Positions 1-12,616 of a DNA stretch of 64,000 nt are shown here, in pieces; the stretch's first letter is position 1, and every line of letters starts with the position of its first letter. A program made the translations under genes and the position numbers. Origin of the DNA: Ascoidea asiatica JCM 7603 (lineage: Eukaryota > Fungi > Ascomycota); NCBI GenBank assembly GCA_001600695.1, contig BCKQ01000004.1:541583-605582 (forward strand), given 5' to 3'. Under the pieces are notes generated by a model that did not search any database, was not told where the DNA came from, and worked only from the letters and a program-made list of their open reading frames with translations.

Positions 1-1018
1 TTTGCTTAAATTCAACGAATTTGAGATTGGTAACGTTTCTTTTGAAAATATTCATTTAATTAATCAATAATTAATTAAGTAGTTAAATTAGTGAATAATA
101 AAGTATTAATTAGGCATAATAGGGAGTTGATATATATTCCAGTAAAGTGAATCCCACGAAACAAACAAACAAACAAACAATTTTTTGATATTTCAGATAA
201 TCTTTTAACTGATTTCCCAAAATGATTGATCAATTCCTGAGTTACAAAGTGTGAAATTCAAACACATCGCATACATTTTTTCTAATTTTATTCATTGAAT
301 TTTGTAAATTGTGATTTATATTTTATATTTTTGATTTATGATTTATGATTTATAATTTATGATTTATAATTTAAAATTTAAAATTAATTATATAAGAAAT
401 TATGAGTAAGAATTTGCAGTATAAATATGATTGTTTGCAGATATTTACTCTTAAAACTGCTAGATAAAAGAATTGATTTTTGATTTTTGTATTTTTCCCT
501 AAATTTTCAAAACTTCAGCTTTATTAGAATTTTCTGAATAATTGAATTACTGAATATTTTGAATTATTCCTTTATAACCTACCAAATATTTATTATTATA
601 CATAATATTATTCTCGGTGTTTTGTTATTTTAGGGATCCTACATTTCATCTATCAATTCAAGTTCTCATAAATTTACAATTACTCTCACTCTTTAACATT
701 TTTCCCTTTTTAATATCAATTTATATATATTTCTATTTCGCTCAATTTTTTTTGTCCTCATCTGTTTTCACTCCTCGATATTTTATCTTTAATTGTTTTT
801 TTCTAAATTTTTTTCACTCAAAATCATTAAAACTTTTTATACTACTAATATTATCATTACTTATATTCTTTTTATTATTATTACTTTTTAGTTTGTAGAA
901 TTTGTTTAGTAATATCATAATTTAATATAGTATAATATAATAATACAATAGTACAATATCATCCATTCAATATCCAAAATAATTTAATCATCAATAAAAT
1001 AATTACTTAAAAGTCACA

Positions 1019-2899
1019 ATGACAATAATATCAACTCAAGAAATACCTTCATTTGCTTTTGAAGATTTTAACTCTTCTTTAAATTCTTCTGAAAATTTCA
1101 ATAATACCCCTTTAACTTTTCTTGATCTTAATGATGATGATCTAAATATACGAAACTTCAATAATCAAATTAATCAAGATCAACTTAATGATTTAAATAA
1201 CTTTAATAATATTCAAAACATTGATAATATGAGTAATATGAACAATTTAAACAGTATGAATAATATCAATGATATAAGTAATTTCACCATGAGTAACTTA
1301 AATAATATAAATAACGTAAATAATATAGCAAATATTACAGGAATAAATTCAGATTCATCTCTTCAAAATATTTCAAATTTCAATAACATCAATAATATCA
1401 ATAACTTTGATAACACCAATACTTATTTAAATCAACCTTTCGATTTAGATCCTAATTTTAATAACAATAATAATACAAACAACAATATCAATAACAATAA
1501 TCATAATAATATTCAATCATTTAATACAAACATCAATAACAATGTTAATTCTTTTAATAATTGGGAAATTAATCCTTTAGACAATTCAACTATTCCAAAC
1601 AATAATTTAAATTTTTCTCCACTTTCTGATTCTCGTTCGAATTCTCATTCAATTTCTTTCACAAATCCAAATGCTGATATTATGAATAATAGTTGGAAAG
1701 AAGAAACTAATGGTTCTAAAACTGCAATGATAACTAATTTAAATATTAATACAAATGAATATATTAATCAAAATTCTCTTGAAAGTCTGCCAATGAGTGA
1801 AGTTTCTCCGGTTAGTCTTTTATTTGAAGAGTTTCCAAATAATTATTCAAATTCTCTTTCAACAAAAACTAGTTTGAGTGATTTCAATTATATCAAAAAT
1901 AATAATATTAATAATAATAATAGTAATTCAAACATTAATAATAATAATATCAATAATATCAATAATAATAATATCAATAATATCAATAACAATAATAGCA
2001 ACCAGTCTTTTATTGCAATTTCTTCAATTGAAGAAGGAATTGATTTATCACCAATTTCAATGCCAAATGCTTCAAATTTTAATTCAGTATCTTCTATTCC
2101 TTTAGTTCCAGTTAATAATTCAATTTCTACTATACCTTTATTACCATTAAAAACGAATACAATTAATAATATGAATAATATGAATAATATGAATACTATT
2201 AATACTATTAATACTATTAATACTATTAATCCAAACTCAACAAATTCCTCGATGAATTCTTCGATGAATAGCTCAATGAATTCTTCGAATGCTTTACTTA
2301 TTAATAATCCTTCAATTGTTGACCCAAATTCAACACATAATCAATTAAATTTATATAACCAGAATGAATATAATGTTATACCTTCAAATATTTTTTCAAA
2401 TTCTAACTTGAACTCAAATTTAAATAATAATAATGATATCATCAATATTAATTCATTAAATAAAAATGATAATAATAAAAGATCACAAAAAAATATTAAA
2501 AGAAAATATTCTTCAATTAGAAATAATATTACAAAAGAAAAATTAGGTAAACGTCAATCTGATTCAAGACTTTCATTACCAGCACTTGCTAAAGTTCTTA
2601 ATTTAGAGAATAATCAAGAGGAAGCTGGAAAAAGAGAAAAATTTATTCTTGGAGTATTAAAAAATGATATTGGTTTTCAACTTGGTAATAGAACTTGGGT
2701 TAGGGATACACCAATTATTGAAAGGGAAAGAATTTTAGATCAATTATATTTCAAAACTAAAGATCTTTATGGATATGATAAAGATTTATTAGAAATTATT
2801 GTCAGAAGAGCTAGTTATTATATGATGCAAGGAAGATTAAGAAGAGAAAGAAGAAAAGCTGCAAGAGATAAGAAAACTTCTGTTACTATAATGAAATGA
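1019..2899 (+). CDS. YBL029W-like protein: long Asn-rich low-complexity N-terminus and a conserved basic C-terminal domain (probably nuclear)
   Basis: C-terminal SDSRLSLPALAKVLNL...REKFIL...LGNRTWVRDT...IIVRRASYYMMQGRLRRERR resembles the conserved tail of S. cerevisiae YBL029W as I recall it. Confidence 0.7.
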   Translation: MTIISTQEIPSFAFEDFNSSLNSSENFNNTPLTFLDLNDDDLNIRNFNNQINQDQLNDLNNFNNIQNIDNMSNMNNLNSMNNINDISNFTMSNLNNINNVNNIANITGINSDSSLQNISNFNNINNINNFDNTNTYLNQPFDLDPNFNNNNNTNNNINNNNHNNIQSFNTNINNNVNSFNNWEINPLDNSTIPNNNLNFSPLSDSRSNSHSISFTNPNADIMNNSWKEETNGSKTAMITNLNINTNEYINQNSLESLPMSEVSPVSLLFEEFPNNYSNSLSTKTSLSDFNYIKNNNINNNNSNSNINNNNINNINNNNINNINNNNSNQSFIAISSIEEGIDLSPISMPNASNFNSVSSIPLVPVNNSISTIPLLPLKTNTINNMNNMNNMNTINTINTINTINPNSTNSSMNSSMNSSMNSSNALLINNPSIVDPNSTHNQLNLYNQNEYNVIPSNIFSNSNLNSNLNNNNDIININSLNKNDNNKRSQKNIKRKYSSIRNNITKEKLGKRQSDSRLSLPALAKVLNLENNQEEAGKREKFILGVLKNDIGFQLGNRTWVRDTPIIERERILDQLYFKTKDLYGYDKDLLEIIVRRASYYMMQGRLRRERRKAARDKKTSVTIMK

Positions 2900-4316
2900 A
2901 ATTTATAATTTTTCAATATTTCAATTTCGACTTTTCAACTTTTTAAATATCTAATTTTTTTCTCTTCATTTTCATTTCTCAAATTTATTTCTTCATTTGA
3001 ATTCGACGGTTTTTTTCAAAATTTCATATTTCATATTTCCTATTTTATATATTCTATTTTATATTTCCTATTATTTACCTTTTTTTTTCTTAATTTTTTC
3101 TATATTTTTTCTATATTTTTTCTATATTTTTCTATATTTTTTTATATTTTTCTTAATTCTTTTTCTCAAGAAATTCAATGCATTTTAAAATCACTACTAA
3201 TAGTAATAGTAATATTAATAATTTATTTATTTTTTTTGAAAGGAATTTCTAATTTCAACAAATATTTTGTAATATTTTATAAATTTTATAAATGTTCTTT
3301 TAACTGAAGTTAGACTATTATCATTTGGAAAAAACACTAAACTAAAGACTTATTCCAGATAAAAAAAATTGTTTCATTTTTTTAAAAGTTCATAAAAAAA
3401 ATTGTTATTTGAACTTATTATTTATTCTTTTTGAAAGTGTCATAGATTGAAGTAACAATCCCCCTATCAAAACCATTATAAGCTTTCAAAAATGGATTTT
3501 GCTTGCGAATATTGAATTATAGAAAACAAGTGAAAACGTTTAAATTGTTATTAAAATAAAATGATACAATTTTTGTTCAAAATTTTTAAGATTATTTATA
3601 AGATTACTTGAAATAAGTATTCAATAAAGCATCAATGCTTAATGTCTGAAAAAGTTGCATTCAAATTGTGGCTTGCAACTTATACTAAAATTATAAGGTC
3701 AAACTCTTTGGAGAGTTTTAAGAGTTTTTTTTCTGAAAAGTTGAAATGAGTAGTATCAAAAAACATCAACGTTTTTTTAAGGAGTGTAACTACCTAACCA
3801 AGCTTGATTTTTATTTCTTATATTAGAGAAATCTATGTACATATCTCAGATGCAAAAGTATCTTCTCAAAGCAATTTTTTATCTATCCTTTAGGTTATAA
3901 AATCCTATATTTCCTTAGAAATTAACTTCAATTGGTTTTACGTAATATAAAGACATCTTGCTGGATTTAATACTCCAATTTTAATTAGCCTTTATAAATA
4001 AAGTTGGTTCAACCTGAAAATTTATATTTAAATTAATTGCTGCATTCAGACGTCAGTCATCCCAAAACAATGTTTATGACGTTCCTCAGCGGCAGCACGA
4101 AGCAGCTCCAAAATGTTTGAATTTTTTTGAAAATGAGCGTAGTAATTTATGTGCGTCTATGTACATATGAATAACATCAGCCCTTCCTATTGGCTGAATT
4201 TCGCAAAGATCCTTAGGGATATCTTCCACTGACTCGGACATTTCCAGACGAAAAAGCGAAAAGAACTCGGCCGTGGAAGTCCGGGCTCCAACAGCAATGA
4301 GCTAAGACACACACTG

Positions 4317-4324
4317 TTACCCGG
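4317..4324 (+). promoter_or_regulatory. Reb1-type site TTACCCGG in a GC-rich island
   Basis: Exact match to the Reb1 consensus. Confidence 0.4.
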
Positions 4325-4882
4325 TGCTTGTATGCTAGAAAACAGCAATTCGTCGTATGCGAGAATTCAAGTTGTTGCACATGTTTTTTGAGTCAATAAT
4401 TAAGGGTCCTGTTTCTGAAATTCTTGGCACGCCATCTTTACTTGAATTTTCATCAAGTTTTATTATAGAAAGGATTGCAAAAAAAAACAATCAATAAGGA
4501 TTTTCAACTTGTGCTATATTATCTAGATTTTTTTCAATTTTAGGTTCTTTGGAAATATTGTTATTAACAATTTCTCTATTTTAATTTTGCTTTCCTTTTT
4601 TAGTTTACAATACTTTAATTCAATTCATTAAAATCTATCTTCAAGTTCTTTTCATAATTCCTTGATTCTTTATAACTAATAATAATATAATTGAAAGGTT
4701 TACTTTTTTTCTGTATTCAATACAAATTCTTTATATTTATCTTTCTCTTAAATATTCAAATCTATTTAATTTCTTTCTTATCTTTTTATCATTCTTCATT
4801 ATTATGTTTATTTACGAAATAATAAATTTGACTAACTTATATCCTTCTAAACGGGTCACTTCCTACAAACCACTCATTCACT

Positions 4883-5383
4883 ATGAATCTTCAACCTTCT
4901 CTTCATTCTCTATACTCAGAATCATTTCTAAATCAGTTTGTATTTTTTTAGATATAAACTCTTTAAAAAGTCTTACTAACATAATTACAAAACTTGTATG
5001 TCAATGAAAATGGAAAACTTTTATTTTAACCATTGATGATAGTGATATAACTTCAAATTTGAATTTTAACTCCATAGTAAATAAATCAAATTACTTTATA
5101 AACAAAAGATCTGAAATTGATTGAATTCAAATTCAAAAACAGAAACTTTCAAAAGAAAATTGTTATAAGAAAAGGAATGGGAGTAAAATAAAAATATAAA
5201 TGATGAGCGTGAAGAATTCAATTTCAATAATAGTAATTAAAAATTGAAAGAAAATCAGAAAGCAAGATTTAGATTTCAGAATTTGAAAATGAAGTTAAAA
5301 ATGAGTTTTCAATTCTAAAAAATGTTTATGAAGATAATGATAGTTTCGAAAGTAATAAATATCAAGATTTAGATTCTGATTAA
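4883..5383 (+). pseudogene. Decayed F-box-like gene relic
   Basis: ATG at 4883. One frameshift near 4920 gives MNLQPSLHSLYSE/IISKSVCIFLDINSLKSLTNIITKLVCQ*KWKTFILTIDDSD, an F-box-like pattern. In-frame TGA stops follow, and the relic ends in a coding-like acidic tail EFENEVKNEF...YQDLDSD*. Confidence 0.45.
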
Positions 5384-6608
5384 TTCAAAATTTTTTAATT
5401 TTTAATTATTATTTGAGAATTAACCTAAAACAAACATGTGATACGAATATAAGTCGAGAACACCCATAATTGTGGTCTTAAAGTGTACACTCATAAAAAA
5501 ACAGTAACAGGTAGCTTAGCGCATTAGACCCATTTTAGTGGATTTTATGAATATTTTATCAAATGTCGGAGATGAGCTTCTCACATGACGAGCAAAACAA
5601 ATGGGTTTCACCAGGTCTGCTCTTGAGGTATTTGAGAACTTTTCTTTTATTTTATATAAAATTACTGTGTACAATTAATAGAGTATAATAATATTAATAA
5701 ATAATGTTTGCTTGCTTGTCAAATCAATTAAAGCGTAATCCATATATATGGCCACAAAAGTTGATTGATTCGAACAATGCTTATTTATTAATAAATTATA
5801 GTTGAAGGGCTATTAGAGGAGTAATGTCTAACTCGTATCACGTGCCATACATAATAGTATCTTGTAAGCTTTCAGAGTGGGAAGGAGAAACCGGCCAACG
5901 CTACCAGATGCTCGTATAATTATCGTATTTGTTAATACAGGAGATCACATCTTGATATCTAACATTACATATTTTTTGAATAGAAAACACTTTTCTTTTC
6001 CGAAAAAAGAACATTGCAGTTTTTATGCTTTTTAGTGCATACATAATTTTATCAAGATGTATAGACTTCCTATTAGGAAATATTCTTTTTTTGTGGCTAG
6101 TGAAATATTATTTGGCTCGTGATTTAATCGGATTTAATGTATCTGCTATATTTACCTGATTAGGATATTAGGAAAATACTCAGAAAAATAGAGAGAAATA
6201 TCCAGTGACATGGGACTACAAACAATAGGGTTTGGAGCCAGAGCTGTGGGTTTATTCAAAGAATGATTAATCACAAAACCTATCACATTTAGTTTCTCAG
6301 CTCAGGAAAGTTTAGTGATGGCCCAAACATTTCTGTAACGTTAACAATCAGAAACTAGGTTACGTATTGAAGAGTCTGATCTTAGATTAAAATAAGTTAA
6401 TAGACGAAGTGATCCAATTGATATTACAATCAATATGAATGTATTTTCAAGAAGATAAATATCCTATTATTTCATCTTTTCCAAAATTATGAAGAAGATT
6501 CGTTATCTATTTTCATATTTTTATTTTTGAAATTACCTTATTATTGATCAACATCCTATTTATTTAACACATATTTTATCAATAAGTATTCTAATAATCT
6601 TTTAAAAA

Positions 6609-7493
6609 ATGTCTTGGAATGGTTTGAAGAAAGCGATAAACCGGGCTGGTACCCAAGTAATGATAAAAACTGGTTATGTTGAAAAAACAGTAGATAGAGA
6701 ATATGAATTAGAAGAAAAAAGATTTAAGCTAATGGAATCAGCTTCTTTAAAATTACAAAAAGAAGCTCAAACTTATTTATCTTCTCTTAAATCAATAACA
6801 AAATCTCAAATTTCTATAACTGAAACTTTTGATTCTTTTTATACTGGTTCTACTGATATAAATTCAAAAAAAATTGATTTGTCAAGTTTAAATCCAGATC
6901 ATAAAAATAATACTAGTAATAATAACTACAATAATAATAATATCAATAACAATAATGAAGGTGTGGTGAAGAGTTATCTGAAAGCTGTAAAAGATTTAGA
7001 TAATGAAACTGTTAAGGCTATAGAAGGTCCTTTTAAAGAAACTGTTCTTGAACCTATAAATAAATTCTGTTTTTATTTCAATGATATAAATGAAGCAATG
7101 AAAAAAAGAAATCATAAAAAAATAGATTATGATTCAATAAGAGCAAAAGTTAAAAAATTAAATGAAAAACCAACTGATGAACCAAATAAATTACCAAGAT
7201 TAGAAAAAGAATTATCTTATGCAAAAGAATTATATGATAATATAAATGATGAGCTTAAAGCTGAATTACCACAATTAATATCTTTAAGAGTTCCATATTT
7301 AGATCCAAGTTTTGAAAGTCTTGTAAAAATTCAATTAAGATTTTTCACTGATTCTTATACAAAATTATCTCAAGTTCAAAATCATTTTGATGCTGAAAGT
7401 AGAGATGTTTATGCAAATGGTCAATTAGATCAAAGAGTTGATGAAGTTTTACAAAGAATGAGAGATTTAACTATAACTGCTTTAGCTGATTGA
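6609..7493 (+). CDS. RVS161: N-BAR domain amphiphysin Rvs161
   Basis: MSWNGLKKAINRAG, KRNHKKIDYD and LPQLISLRVPYLDPSFESLVKIQLRF; BAR domain only, no SH3. Confidence 0.96.
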   Translation: MSWNGLKKAINRAGTQVMIKTGYVEKTVDREYELEEKRFKLMESASLKLQKEAQTYLSSLKSITKSQISITETFDSFYTGSTDINSKKIDLSSLNPDHKNNTSNNNYNNNNINNNNEGVVKSYLKAVKDLDNETVKAIEGPFKETVLEPINKFCFYFNDINEAMKKRNHKKIDYDSIRAKVKKLNEKPTDEPNKLPRLEKELSYAKELYDNINDELKAELPQLISLRVPYLDPSFESLVKIQLRFFTDSYTKLSQVQNHFDAESRDVYANGQLDQRVDEVLQRMRDLTITALAD

Positions 7494-8017
7494 AAATGTA
7501 TTGAAAACTAATCTCTTTTATTCTTCTACAATTTTCTATATAAAATTTATCTAATATAGCTTTGCATCTTTAGCTCTTTTTTTTTTGCCTTTTTTTTTTC
7601 TCCCTATACTATACAATTCATTATCGTATAATAATCATTCTCATTAACCAATTCTTAATTTATTCTAAATTTTTATTAGATTGAATACAATATGAAAATT
7701 TTAAATAAAGATTTTTTTACAAACTCGTATAAAATATCAAAACAACTTTTCTGTAAAATAAGAAAAAATAATTTACTTTTTAAAATGAAAATGAAATGAA
7801 GAGTCTAATAAAACTCGAATAAATTCACCAGTAGTAATTGATGGATTCTAAACCTTTGAAGAAAATTTTAATTTAACTTTATTTAAATTCAACCCAAAAT
7901 AGCTAAGTAAGCGAATATAACAATCAAAATACAAAAAAAAAAAGATTTAAGATAATTAAGATTTTAAGATTATTTTCAAGCAATAAAATAATTTATTTTC
8001 TTAATGAAAAAAAAGTG

Positions 8018-10030
8018 TTAACATAATTTACCTAACCCATAAATTTCACTCACAAATCCAAGCCATTCATCAACCCAACAACAAATTATCCAACAGGATC
8101 CAAAACTTGTTGCATTTTCCATTTGTAATTGTTTTAAACATGAGTTATATATTAGACGAAAATATAACAAAAAAACTCGTACTGAAACTTTTGGAAACTT
8201 CAAAGGTAAAGATAATATAAATGAAATACTCATTTTCATTACATTATTTTCATTATTTAAATTTATATTTGTATCTGAATAAGAAACTTGTTGTAATAAT
8301 TTATTTAAAAAATTCGGTATTTCAAATTTTAAAATATTATCAATTTGTTTAATTTCATTTTCACTTGTAATTTCAGAAGTTGCTATTATTTGAGAATTTT
8401 TTAAAACTATATTCCAATTATTTAAAATTGATTCAATTTGTTTTGAATTACTTAAAATTCTAGAAGCTGCAAAAGAAGTTTCCGAACTTCTATAAAGTTT
8501 TTTCAATAAAAGTTCAAAAATTTTTGCAAATTTACTTCTTTGATTATTTTCCGAAGTTAAATTTTTAGAAATTTCATCAAAATAAGTTAAATTGAATAAA
8601 TTGATTTTTTTTTCATTTTTATATGATAGTGAAGATAATGACATTAATATTTTAAAATATAAAGAAATATCATCTTTATAATTTTTATTATTCGATAAAA
8701 CTAAGGAAGAGCATTGTGAATAATTTCCATTTAATAAATATGCTTTAAAAGTTCTAAGAAATTCATCTTTTGAAAAATCTTTTTGAAATTTAGTAATTTG
8801 TTTATCATCTTGAAGAACTAAAGATTGAATATCTTCTAGATTATTTGGATAAAATAAATCAGATTGAATTGTTGAAAGAAGTGGAGATGATGAAATTTGA
8901 AATTTTCTTTCAATATCATTATTATCACCATTTTTCACTAAATTTGAATCTTGATTTTCAAATGATGATGAATTTGATAAACAACCAGTTATAAATTGAT
9001 TTTCAAGATTACAATCTAAAATTTGTTTAATTTCAGCTTTTAATTTTATTCCAATATAATGGTATTTTGAGTTACCTCTTGTACCTAATCTTTTTGTTTG
9101 TAAATCAGGCCAAATTATTCTAACAAGTTTTCCTACAGCAGATTGACCATATGGAATAACATTAGATATAGTACAAATATATTTATAAGCTCTATAAACA
9201 TCAGCTCTTGGGATTGCAGTATTATGAAAATTACTTAAAGCAATTATTTGAGATGTTTGACATTTCTCAACTGTATCCAATAAACAACGAATTGCAAATA
9301 TGGACTTTGATTTTTCTTTTTGAAATACCAAAGTATTACTATAGTTATCATTATCATCATTCTTCTTATTATTATTGTTATTATTATTGTTATTATTATT
9401 GTTATTATTATTGTTATTACTATCATTGACATTAGGTAAGATATTTTTTTTTGCTTTCTTAGTTATATTTAGCTTTTCAGCATACTCTTTTATTGGTAAA
9501 TTTAATGATTTCCTAGCTAAAATCAATAGATCTTCACCATAATGCAGATGTTTCAATGAGGATAAATTTAAAGATGAATCTGATTTTTTTTTTGATAAAG
9601 GAAAATCTTTTTGATCTAAATCATCATCTTCAAGAGGCCTTTTAACAGAGATCAATGAATCTGAATGATCATTCTCATTATTTGTAATTATATTTAAATC
9701 GGATTGATTGGTTTTAATATTTTGTGAAGTTAAATTAGATTGATTGGAATTTAAATTTAAATTAGGATCTGAATTAAGTGATTGAATATTACCTGTATTT
9801 CCTACTGAATTTTGTAGATAAAGATAAGTTGGAAAGGAAGAGTTATTATTGTTATTATCAACCATGGAAACATTAGTTTGGATTTGAGGAATTGACTTTA
9901 AATTGAAAGTATTTGAGGATGAATTCATGTTCTCTTGATTGTTCAATTCCAAAGAATCTTCTTCCAATAAATATGAAGTTTGGTTAAAGTTAGTGAAATC
10001 CACTGCATTTTCTTGGTTATGCAGCAACAT
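8018..10030 (-). CDS. RFX1: RFX winged-helix transcription factor (Rfx1/Crt1-like)
   Basis: RFX DNA-binding motif IPRADVYRAY...VGKLVRIIWPDLQTKRLGTRGNSKYHYIGIKLK, plus C-terminal SFGSCWIICCWVDEW. The family is secure; the RFX1 versus RFX2 assignment is less so. Confidence 0.8.
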   Translation of the reverse strand: MLLHNQENAVDFTNFNQTSYLLEEDSLELNNQENMNSSSNTFNLKSIPQIQTNVSMVDNNNNNSSFPTYLYLQNSVGNTGNIQSLNSDPNLNLNSNQSNLTSQNIKTNQSDLNIITNNENDHSDSLISVKRPLEDDDLDQKDFPLSKKKSDSSLNLSSLKHLHYGEDLLILARKSLNLPIKEYAEKLNITKKAKKNILPNVNDSNNNNNNNNNNNNNNNNNKKNDDNDNYSNTLVFQKEKSKSIFAIRCLLDTVEKCQTSQIIALSNFHNTAIPRADVYRAYKYICTISNVIPYGQSAVGKLVRIIWPDLQTKRLGTRGNSKYHYIGIKLKAEIKQILDCNLENQFITGCLSNSSSFENQDSNLVKNGDNNDIERKFQISSSPLLSTIQSDLFYPNNLEDIQSLVLQDDKQITKFQKDFSKDEFLRTFKAYLLNGNYSQCSSLVLSNNKNYKDDISLYFKILMSLSSLSYKNEKKINLFNLTYFDEISKNLTSENNQRSKFAKIFELLLKKLYRSSETSFAASRILSNSKQIESILNNWNIVLKNSQIIATSEITSENEIKQIDNILKFEIPNFLNKLLQQVSYSDTNINLNNENNVMKMSISFILSLPLKFPKVSVRVFLLYFRLIYNSCLKQLQMENATSFGSCWIICCWVDEWLGFVSEIYGLGKLC

Positions 10031-10735
10031 GCCAAAGATGGATAATTATTTCCTGGTTTCTATTGCCGAGTGAAAAGATGAAGCAGTCAAGTGAAATAAA
10101 AGAGAGAATTCTCAGCTATTTATTTACTTCAGTTCTTTTCTTTTCTTTTCTTTTCTTTCTGTTTGGGAAAACAAATAAGTATAACACCTCCAGCAGTTAC
10201 TTGCCAGAATACTGAAGTACAATTTTGGAAGATTTCTCATGGGTTTTAAAAATTATTGTACAGGGCTATTGAATGAATATTTAGATAAAGAACTGTAGCA
10301 ACGTGGAAAATCATTTTCTGGATTTCGGAACATAACGAAGATTGTGACTATTTTATCAAAAGAAAGAATATAATATAAAGAAGAGTATAATTCAATAATG
10401 AAAAAAAGTCATTAATGGATAACTAGTTATGAAAAATTTCTGATGAATTTCTTCAGCAGTTTGGTTTTTATGATTGTATATTAAAAAAAAAAATCTAGTT
10501 TATAAAATTTAATTCATATTTCTTTAAAAATAGAATATTTAAAAAATTTTCATGCAAAAAAAGGGATGATGAAATCAAAATAAAAAAAAAAAATTTGAAA
10601 AAAATAGTAAAAGCAGAATAGAATTTGAAAAGAGAAGAAAAAAAAAAAAAAAAAAATTTTGTGAAAGTAATTAGTTACAAAATATAAAATTAGCATATTT
10701 AAAAATATTTAGCATATTTGAATTTAATATAATTA

Positions 10736-12616
10736 TTAAAAATGTATATCAGCACCCATTGCAAAAGACACTATTAAATAAATATTTAAAAAACTTATAC
10801 ATAACCAAACCAGGATTGAAATAAATGAGAGTAAATAAGAATTTGAATAATCAATATATTTTTTACCATTAGATATGAAAACATGTTTTAATAAATCTGA
10901 AGATAAATTTGAATCAAAATTTGTAGTAGTTGAATTTGATATTGAATTTGAGGTTGAATTATTAACAGGAACTTGAACATGAGTAGGAATTAAATTATCA
11001 TCAAATTTAGAATCATTAGTATTATTAAAGTTATTAATATTATTTTGATTCATTGAAGAAGTTGAACAATAATTTGTATTAGAACTTAATAAAGGAGAAG
11101 TATCATTAATTTGATTAAATTTATCATTTGAATCAAAAATTTCAACTTTCATAATATTTTTATTACAAGTAAAATAAATTAAAGGAGCAGTACAAAAAGG
11201 TAAAATTAAAGATAAAGCAACTTGAGAAGCATTTAAAATTGAACTTATACCTTTTCTACCCATAATTGAAGTAACAATTAAACATGGTATAATTGCAATA
11301 AATCTTGTAATTAATCTTCTTATCCAAGGTTTAAATTTCCAATTTATAAAACCTTCAGAAACAATTTGTCCAGCCATTGTACAAATTATTCCAGCACTTT
11401 GACCAGAAAATAACATTGCCCAAGCAAAAATTAAACCTGCAGCAGAACCAATATAATCAGAAAGCATTTGAAAAATTGATAATAAATCAGCATCATCAGC
11501 ATCAGGAGTACCAAATAAAGTTGCACCAGCAACAATTAAAATTGCAGAATTAACAAAAGTTGCAACAAACATTAAAGAAATTATTAATTCCCAATAAGAA
11601 TAAGTTAAACAATCTTGAATTGCATCTATTGAAGGTTTATATCTATCATTTATATTTTGATTATATCTATCAGATATATTTTTATTAAAATTATTATTTG
11701 TTTGAATATTATTAGAATTATTTTTAATATCAAATTCCATTAATCTTGGTTGAACTAAGGCAGAACCTAAAAATAAAGAATGAGGCATAACAGTTGCACC
11801 TAAGATACCTAAACTTAGATATAAAGCTTTTTTTTCTTTAAAAATTTTATCATTTGGTAAAAAACCTTTAAATAATTGAAATTTATCAGGTATTGAAATT
11901 TTACTTAATTCTAAAATAAAACAAAAACAAGTTAAAGTAACTAAAATTGAAATTAAAATTTCAAAAAGTCTAACTTGATTCATTGAATTATTTGGTTTAT
12001 AAAAAATTAAAATTATTAAAACATCTAAGATTGTTAATAAAACACCATAAATTAAAGGTATATTAAATAAAATTTCTAAAGCAATTGCAGTACCAACAAC
12101 TTCAGCTAAATCAGTTGCAATTATTGCAAATTCAGTTAATATATAAATTGAAAAATTTAAATATTTTGGTAAATTTTTTTTACAATTTTCAGCTAAATCT
12201 AAACCAGTTATTGAAGATAATTTTATACAAAGACATTGTAAAATTATAGCCATAAAATTTGATATTAAAATTGAAAATAATAAATTATATTTATAATTTG
12301 AACCTGCTGATACAGAAGTTGAATAATTTCCTGGATCCATATAAGCAACAGATACCATTATACCAGGACCAATAAATCTAATATATTTTTTAATAATTTC
12401 AAATACATTATTGAAATTTAAATTTAAATTTAAATTTCTATTATTATTTGAAGTAATATTTACTTGATCATTTTGAGTTTGAGAATGAGTTTGAGAATGA
12501 GATTGGGAATTAGATTGAGAATTAGATTGAGAATTAGATTGAGAATTAGAAATAGAATGAGAATGATTTTGAAGTATAAGATTTGAATGAGAAGAATCAA
12601 AAGATTTAACAGACAT
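10736..12616 (-). CDS. SMF3: NRAMP divalent metal transporter, Smf3 type (vacuolar iron)
   Basis: GPGIMVSVAYMDPGN, GATVMPH, GQIVSEGF, and Smf3-like SIPDKFQLFKGFLP and terminal GADIHF. Confidence 0.9.
   Translation of the reverse strand: MSVKSFDSSHSNLILQNHSHSISNSQSNSQSNSQSNSQSHSQTHSQTQNDQVNITSNNNRNLNLNLNFNNVFEIIKKYIRFIGPGIMVSVAYMDPGNYSTSVSAGSNYKYNLLFSILISNFMAIILQCLCIKLSSITGLDLAENCKKNLPKYLNFSIYILTEFAIIATDLAEVVGTAIALEILFNIPLIYGVLLTILDVLIILIFYKPNNSMNQVRLFEILISILVTLTCFCFILELSKISIPDKFQLFKGFLPNDKIFKEKKALYLSLGILGATVMPHSLFLGSALVQPRLMEFDIKNNSNNIQTNNNFNKNISDRYNQNINDRYKPSIDAIQDCLTYSYWELIISLMFVATFVNSAILIVAGATLFGTPDADDADLLSIFQMLSDYIGSAAGLIFAWAMLFSGQSAGIICTMAGQIVSEGFINWKFKPWIRRLITRFIAIIPCLIVTSIMGRKGISSILNASQVALSLILPFCTAPLIYFTCNKNIMKVEIFDSNDKFNQINDTSPLLSSNTNYCSTSSMNQNNINNFNNTNDSKFDDNLIPTHVQVPVNNSTSNSISNSTTTNFDSNLSSDLLKHVFISNGKKYIDYSNSYLLSFISILVWLCISFLNIYLIVSFAMGADIHF

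Noticed and set aside
3400-4050. Possible minus-strand gene relic (MSLYYVKPIEVNF*GNIGFY...)
   Set aside because: Stop density is close to what AT-rich random sequence gives, and no family motif is recognisable.
4974-5001. TACTAAC followed 15 nt later by GTATGT, suggesting nested introns or a snoRNA host transcript
   Set aside because: There is no AG between them, no matching upstream donor or downstream branch site, and no convincing C/D pair with a recognisable guide. The sequence reads better as part of the F-box-like relic.
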